DNA from: Candidatus Parcubacteria bacterium
Lineage (GTDB): Bacteria; Patescibacteriota; Minisyncoccia; Minisyncoccales; JAGLUP01
NCBI GenBank assembly: GCA_023134715.1
Contig: JAGLUP010000006.1
Span: 74,653 to 138,652, forward strand
Direction: 5' to 3'
DNA: 64,000 nt
Under the pieces are notes generated by a model, which had not been told where the DNA came from, ran no database searches, and was given only the letters and a program-made list of their open reading frames with translations. Shown here piece by piece: positions 52,031 through 61,900 of the stretch. The position numbers were made by a program, and so were the translations under genes. Each line of letters starts with the position of its first letter. Within the stretch, counting starts at the first letter, position 1.

Positions 52031-53089
52031 CTATGTTCCATGTTTCATACCTGCCAGCGCTCTTAAAGAAGCGATAATTCTTTTTCTGGCCAAGAACAAA
52101 CCTATCCCTATGAATAATAAAATAAAACTGATTTTCCAAGGTAATGCCCAAAAAATTATTGCTTGATTTATGTTTAAAGCGCTTTTCTCTTCTCCAAGGT
52201 CTAAAACCACTTTATATTTCCCGATTGGAGTATTTTGAGTTAGAAAATCAAAAGGCGAAAATCCAACTGGGAATCTTCTTGTCTTCCCCGGCAAAATTGT
52301 TGTTCTTCTTACCTCGGTCTCCCCTACTTTTCTCCCTAAAAAATCATAAACTAAAATTTTTCCTGAAATTTTATGATGAAAAATGTCATTGTTTTTAATC
52401 CTTAAAATAAAATCAGACGGAGTTTTTTCAACAATGCTTATATCCGCGGCCACTGCTTCTGAAATTATATTCCCTGCAAACGCCAGGAGCTTCTCCAAAT
52501 TTTGCAGCCGCTGCTCTTTTGGAATGCTAAATTCAACAATTTCAACCTGTTTCTCTGTTTCTACCGGCTCCAAGGAAAGCGTCTTCACTGAAAACAAAAA
52601 CAAAACTCCAACAACCGGAATAGACCTGGGCTGTCCCTCTTTAAAATAAAAAGAAGGCAATTGCGGTTCAAAAAGCATCACGGCATAATGGCCGCCCGGT
52701 TCCGCGTTCCCCGGAATCTTAATTGAAAAATCAATATATCTCTTTTCCTTTGGTTCTAAAATAAAATCTGAATTTTCTATCTCAAACCATTTGCGGGAAG
52801 CAAAAGAAATGTCTTGCGAAGATTCGTCAAACAGCATCTCTCCCGTCTCATCAGCCGCTGTAAAATCAGTTAATCTTACGGCCACAGGCATTGCGGCATC
52901 GCTTAAATTTCCAAGTTTTATCTTTTTCAGAAATGTCTCGCCCGGAAAAACATCCAATTCAAAAACTTGAGGCGAGACCGACATGCCCAAACTATCCACC
53001 TGAGCATCCGCCGCATAAAAAGGCAGCGCTAAACAGACACAAGACAAAGTGCTAAACAGACACAAAACTTTTTTTAATAATTTCTTCAT
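52031..53089 (-). CDS. DUF916-like cell-surface protein with C-terminal TM anchor (paralog)
   Basis: SPQVFELDVFPGETFLKKIKLGN, FILEPKEKRYIDFSIKIPGNAEPGGHYAVMLFE, and TM ISFILLFIGIGLFLARKR. Its ATG at 53087-53089 overlaps the ATPase TGA. Confidence 0.5.
   Translation of the reverse strand: MKKLLKKVLCLFSTLSCVCLALPFYAADAQVDSLGMSVSPQVFELDVFPGETFLKKIKLGNLSDAAMPVAVRLTDFTAADETGEMLFDESSQDISFASRKWFEIENSDFILEPKEKRYIDFSIKIPGNAEPGGHYAVMLFEPQLPSFYFKEGQPRSIPVVGVLFLFSVKTLSLEPVETEKQVEIVEFSIPKEQRLQNLEKLLAFAGNIISEAVAADISIVEKTPSDFILRIKNNDIFHHKISGKILVYDFLGRKVGETEVRRTTILPGKTRRFPVGFSPFDFLTQNTPIGKYKVVLDLGEEKSALNINQAIIFWALPWKISFILLFIGIGLFLARKRIIASLRALAGMKHGT
53036..53077 (-). repeat. reverse-orientation motif half-array (signal peptide of the 52031 gene)
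   Basis: Coding strand GTTTTGTGTCTGTTTAGCACTTTGTCTTGTGTCTGTTTAGCGC encodes VLCLFSTLSCVCLAL. Confidence 0.8.
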
Positions 53090-54276
53090 AATCGCCAACA
53101 ATAAAATTTCTCCAAAAGTCCATCATAAGTTAAAAACTTTAATTTTATATCAGGATAAAAACTTTTAAATTGTTTATACTTGCCCTCCTTTGCTTCGGCC
53201 AAGTTAAACTTAATTTCAAAGGCCTGATTGCCAATAACAAAATCAACCTCTTTTTTGTCTTGCGTGCGCCAAAACTTAATTTTATTGATATCTTTTGTTG
53301 TTCTTAAAAACTCTCTGAAAACAATATTTTCTAAATACGCCCCTTTATCTGTTCGTTTATTTATTGGATTAAAATTGTCTAATAATAAATTTCTCAGACC
53401 TAAATCGTAAAAGTATGCTTTGGGCATTTTAGTCAACTCTTTTCTTAAATTCTTATAATAGGGCTTTATCAGCGCAATCTGATATGACTTCTTCATTATA
53501 TACAAATATTCTTCTACTGTCTTATGGGCTATATTGAGAGTATTGGCTAATTCTTGCGAATTTAACAATTCGCCTGTTTGGCCGGCTATGATTTTCAAAA
53601 GAGAAAAATATTTGTCAACATTTTTTATACCGGCATCGCTAATATCTTTTTTAATGTAAGAAGAAGCGATATCTTCTAATACTATTCTTTGAGAATCATC
53701 GCTGCCCGCCAAAACAACCTTGGGATAACCGCCGCAGATTAGATACTTGTTCCATAGCTTTATTAATTTCTCTTTATAATAAACCGACAGTTTTTTGTTT
53801 TTTCGCTCAAGCAACTCATTCTCTTGGTTAAAGACCAAAAATTCGTCAAAATTCAAAGGATAAACTTCAAATAAAAACTTTCTACCTACTAAGCTGTCTT
53901 TAAATTTCTTGTCAATATAAAAAGCAGATGAACCAGAAGCGATAATTTTAATTTGCTTTCTCTTTTCGTCATAAAGCAGTTTTAAAAAATTAGTAGGATC
54001 GTTAAGATATTGGATTTCGTCAATAAAAACATACTGTTTTGATTTGCTGTCCGGAATCAGCTCAAAAATATTATAAGGATGCTTGTTTAATAATTCTAAA
54101 TAAGTGGGATTTTCTAAATTAAAGTAATAACAAGCGCGACCCTTTTTTTCTAAAAAGTTCTTTAACATTATTAAAAGACAAGTTTTACCGGTTTGCCTGG
54201 CGCCGGTTAGAATAATAAACTCATCTTTTAACAACGTTTTTTTTATTGCTGAAAAAATTTCTCTTGGATATAACAT
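53086..54276 (-). CDS. AAA-type ATPase with C-terminal DUF4143-like D...ExK domain
   Basis: Walker A GARQTGKTCLL, Walker B VFIDEIQ, and C-terminal KKEVDFVIGNQAFEIKF. Confidence 0.7.
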   Translation of the reverse strand: MLYPREIFSAIKKTLLKDEFIILTGARQTGKTCLLIMLKNFLEKKGRACYYFNLENPTYLELLNKHPYNIFELIPDSKSKQYVFIDEIQYLNDPTNFLKLLYDEKRKQIKIIASGSSAFYIDKKFKDSLVGRKFLFEVYPLNFDEFLVFNQENELLERKNKKLSVYYKEKLIKLWNKYLICGGYPKVVLAGSDDSQRIVLEDIASSYIKKDISDAGIKNVDKYFSLLKIIAGQTGELLNSQELANTLNIAHKTVEEYLYIMKKSYQIALIKPYYKNLRKELTKMPKAYFYDLGLRNLLLDNFNPINKRTDKGAYLENIVFREFLRTTKDINKIKFWRTQDKKEVDFVIGNQAFEIKFNLAEAKEGKYKQFKSFYPDIKLKFLTYDGLLEKFYCWRL

Positions 54277-54310
54277 AATAATTTAGATAATTTATAAGCT
54301 ATCAATACTA

Positions 54311-54339
54311 ATAATATCAGATATTATAATACTTGTCAA
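54311..54339 (-). promoter_or_regulatory. promoter of ATPase gene 1
   Basis: Minus strand reads TTGACA (54334-54339), 17 nt, then TATTAT (54311-54316). Confidence 0.55.
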
Positions 54340-54609
54340 GTAGTATTGAATCTTAAAATTAAGAGAATGGACTACCCTAATTATATGTCATTTAGGGGAA
54401 TGATATATTAATTCCCACGGATAAACAAATTTAATCGCCCTTTTCGCTTATATAATGGTCTGATATACCAGTCAAGTTTTAACAAAATGTTGTCTGGTAT
54501 ACTGGTCAAGTTATAATCGCCAACAATAAAATTTCTCTATTTGTCAAGTAGTATTAAACCTAAATAAATATTATAATTATCTATTCAAGCAGAGCTATTT
54601 TGAAAGGCG

Positions 54610-55854
54610 CTATGTAAAATATAACGGAAGTTGATTTATTTCCAAATTTTTGATTTTTACATTTGCGCTCTCTAATTTTTTATTAAATAAAATCGCTTTT
54701 TTGTTTTTAAACTTATTAGAAAACAAGATTAAATTCTTAAAATCTTTTTCGGAAAACTGATTTCTATATTTTACTTCAATCGGAATAATATTATTATTTC
54801 TAACATTAACAAAATCAACTTCGTGTTTATACGCGTCCCTCCAGAAAAATTTATAATCTTTAATGGAAATGACAAAATTTTCAGCCAGCCTGCCAATTTC
54901 CATAAAATCTGAAACCGCCCAGCTGAATGAAGGAGAAGCTAAATAAAATCTTTTAAGTTTTTTTTCGGAGGTTAGCAGATTGCGGGAAAAATTATAAATC
55001 TTTTTAACTAAAAAAGATTCTTCCAAATAAAAAAGGTAATTGCTTAAAGTCTTGTTGGAAATGCCAATTTCGCGCGACAAATCCCGGTAATTGATGAAAA
55101 TGCCCGGATTCTGTCCGATAATTTTTACTAATCTCCATAAAATTTCCGGATTGTCTATCGGGAAAATTTGCGGAATATCTTCAAAAACTATTTTTTTAAT
55201 AATTGAAATAAAGTATTCTTTTCTTTCTTTCGTCCCCATGTCAACACTTTCCACAAATTGGCTTTGTAAAAATATTTCAAATTCTTTTTCAATTTCCGCC
55301 CTGAAAACCAATGGTTTTTTTAATAAATCGCTCTTGTTTTTAAAGTATAGATACTCTTTAAAATTTAAAGGAGGGAGAAAAAAGCTCTTTATTCTCCCGG
55401 CAAGACTTTCTTGGGTTTTCTTCTTGACAAAAAGGGATGTTGACCCTGAAATAAAAATTTTAAGGTTTGGATAGAGGTCATAATAAATTTTTATTTTTGA
55501 TTGAAAGTTTTTCAGCTTTTGGATTTCGTCCAAAAACAGAAAAACTTTTTTCTTGCGAAAATCAACCTGCGTTTGCTTCTCAAAATTTTGCAGCAATTCC
55601 TCTAAATCTACTTTTTCTTCATCAAAAGTAAAATACCAGATAGAAAAAGCGTCTGTTCTGTTTTTCAATAAATAATTTATAATTTGGAAAAAAAGCGTGG
55701 TTTTACCCGTTCTCCTTAATCCCACCAATTCTATAATCTGTTTTTTATCAATATATTCCAAAAGGTCGTTAAAAAAATCTCTTTTTTTTAAAAAAGCATA
55801 TTTAAATCCTTTTTCCCAGTGCCTATTATATTTTAATAAATTTAAGTTTTTCAC
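54610..55854 (-). CDS. AAA-type ATPase with C-terminal DUF4143-like D...ExK domain (second copy)
   Basis: Walker A GLRRTGKTTLF, Walker B LFLDEIQ, and C-terminal HEVDFVNVRNNNIIPIEVKY. Confidence 0.7.
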   Translation of the reverse strand: MKNLNLLKYNRHWEKGFKYAFLKKRDFFNDLLEYIDKKQIIELVGLRRTGKTTLFFQIINYLLKNRTDAFSIWYFTFDEEKVDLEELLQNFEKQTQVDFRKKKVFLFLDEIQKLKNFQSKIKIYYDLYPNLKIFISGSTSLFVKKKTQESLAGRIKSFFLPPLNFKEYLYFKNKSDLLKKPLVFRAEIEKEFEIFLQSQFVESVDMGTKERKEYFISIIKKIVFEDIPQIFPIDNPEILWRLVKIIGQNPGIFINYRDLSREIGISNKTLSNYLFYLEESFLVKKIYNFSRNLLTSEKKLKRFYLASPSFSWAVSDFMEIGRLAENFVISIKDYKFFWRDAYKHEVDFVNVRNNNIIPIEVKYRNQFSEKDFKNLILFSNKFKNKKAILFNKKLESANVKIKNLEINQLPLYFT

Positions 55855-55894
55855 TTCTAATGAAATTATATTTTATTGGAAAGTATTTACTTGT

Positions 55895-55922
55895 ATTATA
55901 TAATATCTAAACATCTTGTCAA
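55895..55922 (-). promoter_or_regulatory. promoter of ATPase gene 2
   Basis: Minus strand reads TTGACA (55917-55922), 16 nt, then TATAAT (55895-55900). Confidence 0.6.
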
Positions 55923-55948
55923 TAGGTAAAAAGCCTTTCCTTGAATAA

Positions 55949-55992
55949 TATTAGTGTCTGTTTCGTATCCAAGTTTTGTGTCAGTTTCGCGT
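55949..55992 (-). repeat. forward-orientation motif half-array just after the giant ORF stop
   Basis: Minus strand reads ACGCGAAACTGACACAAAACTTGGATACGAAACAGACACTAATA. Confidence 0.8.
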
Positions 55993-55995
55993 ATA

Positions 55996-58900
55996 TTAGT
56001 AATTCGCTGTGCATATATAATGAATGGTTACGCTATAATCTCCGTTGGACTGGATGCTGGAAACAGATGTCCTATACATAATAGTAGTCGTGGCGCCGGA
56101 AGCGGGAGCGGCGCTGTCCGCTACCCTATCGCCGGGAGTAGTAGTTGCAAAACCAGCGTATTTAGTGGAAGCGGCAAACCTGTCCACGCTTCCGCCGCCG
56201 CCAAGATTATTATCGCTGGTAGTGTAGCCAAAACCGCATGTGCTGGAAGCGTTGCAGGTATCAGGCCAAACAGCTGGAGTGGAATTAGCGTAATTCCATC
56301 TGGTAATGTAAGTGCCAGTCGCTCCTAACTGCAATCTTCCATTATCGCTAGCCCAAGCTGTTATGTTATAGCCGCCGGAATAAGAAGTTGTGGCGTATAA
56401 TATAGTAGTGCCGGTGGCAGTGTAATCGTTTATACTGTTTAAAGTGCCTAAATCAGTTGTGGCAGAACTGACTGAAAATTCCAAATCAGAAGACATTCCA
56501 ATATACCAAGAACCATTAGTTGGCGGGTCATTAACCGCTGAATAAGGAGTATTTAAAGCTGAAATATCATCTCTCTGCCAATTTTCAGAAATGCACTTAT
56601 CTACTCCAGAACCTGCAGTGCTTGAAGCAGAAATAATATAGTTGCTTCCGTAATCTGAATAATAATCATAGTTATCAAAACCGCCAAAAGCGATTGCCAA
56701 ATTATATTTATAAGTGGTAGTGGCAGAACTTGTTTTTGAATATTCCCTAATTCTAACAGCCCCGTCAGTATTGGGCTGAGGAGTTTTACCGTCAGCCCCG
56801 CTGCCGGTTGTCTGGGTAGTTGACGCGCTCCCCCAGCCGCTGTTATATTTCCATATCGTAGCCGGAACGCTTGTTTCCTCACTCCCTACGCTGTAAAAAG
56901 TGGAAGGAGAGTTTTGGTTGTCGTAGGATGTCTTAATCCAATCCCCGCTCCTTGCTGTATCTGAAACCCTGACTTCATCAATCGTGCCGTCAAATTTTGA
57001 AAATCCGGGTAAAGCCCCAATCCACAAAGCATCGTCATCCTGCAAAATCGTTCCTGTGCTCTGGTCGTATGACTGACTGGATTCATCACCATTAAGATAC
57101 GCCACAACTCTTGAACCATTATACTTTACAGCAAAATGATACCAATCATCTACGGTTAGAACAGCTGTAACATCGTCATAACCTCCTTCATCAATCTCGA
57201 CATACACTTTGCTATTAAAAAGCCATATCCAATATTGCCTATGAGTATTGTCTCCTTTAGCAATCAGACCTGAATTCTGAATAAAACTGTCGGGCTTAAA
57301 CCAGAAAGTTACTGTTACATAATCTGGATTCAATGAAGAATCATCCTCACAGCTAATATAATCATCGCTGCCGTCAAAAACATCCGCGCCGTCAATCTGG
57401 CCTGTGCCGTCTTGAGTGCTGGTAGAAGTTCCGTCAAAATTATTTGGAGTGCCATCGTTAGAGTTAATAGTAGAATCGGTATGAGTAGCATTTTCTCCAG
57501 CATTATATTCCTGTAAATGCTGAACGAGCTTGAAATTAGAATTCCATGTGCCTGTAATGTCCCATTGGTCAGAAGAGCTTGCGTTTCCATAATACATATA
57601 GAGGACTGTATCCGCAGAATGAGAAAGAGAATCAACCTCTATCCAGGCAATCACTTCTCCGGTAGAGGAAGCGTATTTTTCTATTTCATGGTCTAATTTT
57701 GTTGAACCATCAGCTTTGGTAAAGAGAATGTCTCCTCCGTCAGATTGTCCAACGTGCCCGCCATTGGTAGTATCTTTCCAGTCAGTGCTGGTTGAATTAA
57801 TAAGAACCGGAAAATTAGTTTGAGTGGATGTGGCCACTTTTGTATGGTCAATAGTAATTTTCTCGCGATAAGACCAACTGCTGTTATACCAAGGAGCAGC
57901 GGCAGAAATAGTAATATCATTGTCGCCTGTATCAACATCAGTAGAAGTCGCCGCAGCGTCAACAACATGAGCCCCCAAATACCAATCAACATTTAAAGTC
58001 GCGCCTGCGTCAGGCGGGTCTTCGTTATTCAAAGTAGTATTTAAAACCGTTAGAGTCCCTCCGGATAAATTTAGATAATTCCATGTTGACTCTTGAACAC
58101 TGCAAGTCCCATTGCAAGCAAAATCCCATAAACTGCTTGCTCCTTGTCCAACAATAGTAATATCTCCGGAACTTGAACCACCGCCCTTAACATTTAATGT
58201 GGCGCCGGAATCAACAGTAGTGGTGGCATTTTGCTGGACATAAACCTTGCATTGTCTGTCGGCTCCGGCTGTTCCATCAAAATCAGTGGCATAACTCCAA
58301 TAATCAGTGGTAGTAGAAATTGTATGATAGTCGCCCCAGATAAATAATTTCCCGTCATCGCCTGTTCCGTCTCCCGACTCATCGTGATCCATTGAATAAA
58401 GAGAGCCTGTAGAATCAACAGTACTGGTCGCAGAATAAGAATTCCACATCCTGACATCAGTGCTGGCGCCAACCTCTAAGGTGCTGTAAATATCAGCTCC
58501 GGTTGAAGTGGAATTGATAGTATATAAAGGAGCGTCAGTTACCCAAGTTGGTTCAGATGCTGTGGGCTTTAAGGTTCCATTATTTCCTTGTCCTGAACTG
58601 TCAGCAGTGGTTGTGCCTGTTCCTTCAGCAAAATGCCATAAACCGACTAATCCTGTTTCATTTTTAAACAATCCTTGATAGTGTTCATTAATCTCGGTAG
58701 AGCTCAACGCCCGATTGTAAATCCTCACCTCGTCAATTGCGCCGTTAAAATACTGAGCCATAGCGGATGTATCTTCATTATATATAGCTCCAATGCTACA
58801 AATCCTGTTATTATCAAGACTACTATACCCAGAAATGTCAGTAGGACTGTTGGCATCCTCAGAGCCATCAATATATAATCTTAAATTATCCCCATCTCTC

Positions 58901-61900
58901 ATTGCGGCAACGAAATGCCACTCCCCATCAGCATATTGTGAAGTGCTGAATACATTTTTTCTCGTACTATTATCGTCTATTGCGACTTTTATTGTTCCAT
59001 CAGAACGACCTCCGTCAGTAGTGAATGCAATACCATAACGTTTACCTCCTGACCATCCAGAACCCTTCACAACAATCCAACCATCTCCGCCACTGGTTGC
59101 TTTAATCCACGCTGACACGGTAAAATTACCGCTTCCCATAAGAAGACTCGAACCATCCCCGCAGTCAACATAATCATTGTCTCCGTCAAAATCCAAAGAA
59201 GAATTACCCTTTAAAGAATTAAGGTCTAATGTTGAACCTGTCCAGGTAGTGGTTGAGCCGCCGACTCCATTGAAAAATCTTCCCTGCGCTTCAATGGTTT
59301 TTCCTGAAGCAACAGTAAATGAAGTTCCGTTGGCGAGTTGCCAGTTGTGAGTAGAGGTCGCGTTTTCAGAAATTGTCCATCCGCCCGCAGTATTGTTAAA
59401 ATTAACATCAAAGAAGGAGGAACTGCCAGGGTCTATTGTTTCCCCGGCATCTCCGGAATCAAAAGTTACTGCGCCGCTTTGGGCTGTAAATGTCCCGGAA
59501 TTTGACCAAGAACCGCCAACAGTAATTGCATAATTTGAACTTGAAGCGTCTAAGGAATTACTTCCTGAAATTGTTAAATCATTATTAACATCAATGCCTC
59601 CTGCTAAAGTAGTGGTTCCTGAAAAACTAATATCATAAACAGTAGTAGTGCCTGAACCGCCTAAATTGCCTTCGCCAGATAAACTCACAGCTCCAGAATC
59701 AACATCAGCCGCTAAAATTCCGCTGACAGAAATATCTCCTCCTTGGACAACAAGATTTTGTCCGTTTAAATCTAATGTGCCATCTGTAATAGTTAAATCA
59801 TTGGTAGTTGTAGCCGCGTCCTGAAAATCCCACACGCCGCCAGAACCATCAAAGGTTAAATCATAAAAATCCGAGCCGCCAGTAGTAATAGTTTTACCGG
59901 AAGCGGTAGCGTTAAATAAAACCGTTCCGCTGTTGTGGGTAAAGGTTCCTGCGTTAGACCAACTGCCGCCTATTGCTAATGTTCCAGAAGTAGAAGTAAC
60001 AGCGCCAGTTGTAATAGTCAAATCATTAGTAGTTGTAGCCGCGTCTTGAAATGTCCAGCCGCCGCCAGAACCATCAAAGGTTAAATCATAGAAATCAGAA
60101 CCACCAGTTGTGATAGTTTTTCCAGTGGTAGTAGCCGTGAATTGAACAGTTGAAGAAGCGGCTGTAAAAACAGCGGTGGAAGAAGCTGTCCAGGAACCGC
60201 CGATAGAATAGGTAGATGTAGTAGAACCGGTAAAAGTGGCGCTGCCATCAATGTGCAAATCACCTTTTGCGCCGCCATGGGTTAAAGTAACATTGCCGCC
60301 CGGAGCAAATTCTTTACCTATCCAAATATGAAGTTCAGAATCATTATCAACAATTAAAGAAGCGCTTGGAGAAGTTGTCGCTGTAAAATGAATATCTGAA
60401 TCATCATCTTTATCATAATCAACCATATCAGCGATAGTTAAGGCAGTGCTGGTTTTATCTGAACGGGCGATGACTGCCCCTCCGTAAATATCAAAACCAG
60501 TAATATTTGAACTGCCATTATTGGCAATAGTAACAGCTGTTCCTTTATAGGTCGCGTCTCCGCTAATCCAAGCGGTAATAGTTGAACCAGCGGAAATACC
60601 TGTAATACTGGTAATCTCATAAACACCGCCGGCAGTAGTGCTGGCAGACCAACTGCCCGCGCCATCTACTTTCAATAGAATGCTTTTATCCGCCCCAATA
60701 TTAGAACCGCCTTCAGTTTGATAAACAGTTCCTGAAACAGTGATATTAGAGGTCATCCCAATGTACCAAGAACCATTAGTCGGCGGGTCATCAACCGCTG
60801 AATAAGGAGTATTCATGGTGCCGGCGCTATTTCTATGCCATGAATCAGAAATACACTTATCCACTCCAGAGCTTTCAGTGCTTGAAGCAGAAGTGATATA
60901 ATTACTCCCTTGGTCTGAATAATAGTTATAAGCGCCAAACCCTGATTGAGAAGAAACCGCTAAATTATATTTATAGGTAGTGGTGGCGGAACTTGTTTTT
61001 GAATATTCCCTGATTCTAATTGCTCCGTCTGTAGTCGGCTGGGGGGTTTTACCGTCAGCCCCACTGCCGGTTGTCTGGGTAGTTGAAGCCGTGCCCCATC
61101 CACTGTTATATTTCCATATCGTAGCTGGAACGCTTGTCTCCTCACTCCCAGTTGTCCCTATACTCGGCTCAGGCGAGGCATATTTACGGACAAAAACTTC
61201 GTCTACATACCACGTAGCATCATGATGGCCAGTGAAGTGTATATATGTGAAACTTGAAAAAGTGGTATCAGTCTCGGTTCGTCTTGAATTCCCATCAATT
61301 TTAAAATCAAGAGTTCCAGCATTGTACCAATCAAGCTCAAATATATAATAGGTACTTGAAATGGTATTGGGAGTTATGTATGGCCATTGTTCTTCAAGTC
61401 TAACACCATCATTATATTCCATAAGGCGCTCTCTATTGACATTTATCCTATGGTATATTGCATACCCATTGTAAGGGTCATACGAGGTGGATAAACCATC
61501 AGAATAAGCTATCTGAAATGATTCATCACAGTCAGATGAATATACTTTAGCCATAATAGCATATCCTTGATTATCTGTATCGACAGGAGCATGAACTCCA
61601 TCTGTTACACCTGCTCCCATTCTTAGATGATTCCGTCCATTTTGAACGCTAACTGATGAGCTGCCTGTTGTAATAGACCAATCTCCTTGTCCATCTATAC
61701 TCCCTATACTATAACTCTCAAAATCATCAAAGAACGCAAAGGTGCTTGTTCCGTTGCTCGTAGTGGTTGCACTTGCGTTTCCATAATACATGTAGATAGT
61801 GGTGGTGGCAGAGCCGGTTAAAGTGGGGATCTCTGCCCAGAAAGTAGAAGTTGAAGAAGTTGTATAATCTTCTCGCCAATAATCAATTAAGGTAGTTCCA

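Noticed and set aside
54277-54609. tRNA or small RNA gene in the ATPase intergenic region; direct repeats TTGAC(C/T)(A/G)GTATA(C/T)CAGAC x2 (minus strand, about 54458-54510)
   Set aside because: No cloverleaf or conserved T-loop/D-loop sequence is present. The repeats look like duplicated -35-containing promoter fragments from the ATPase insertion and are not clearly a separate feature.
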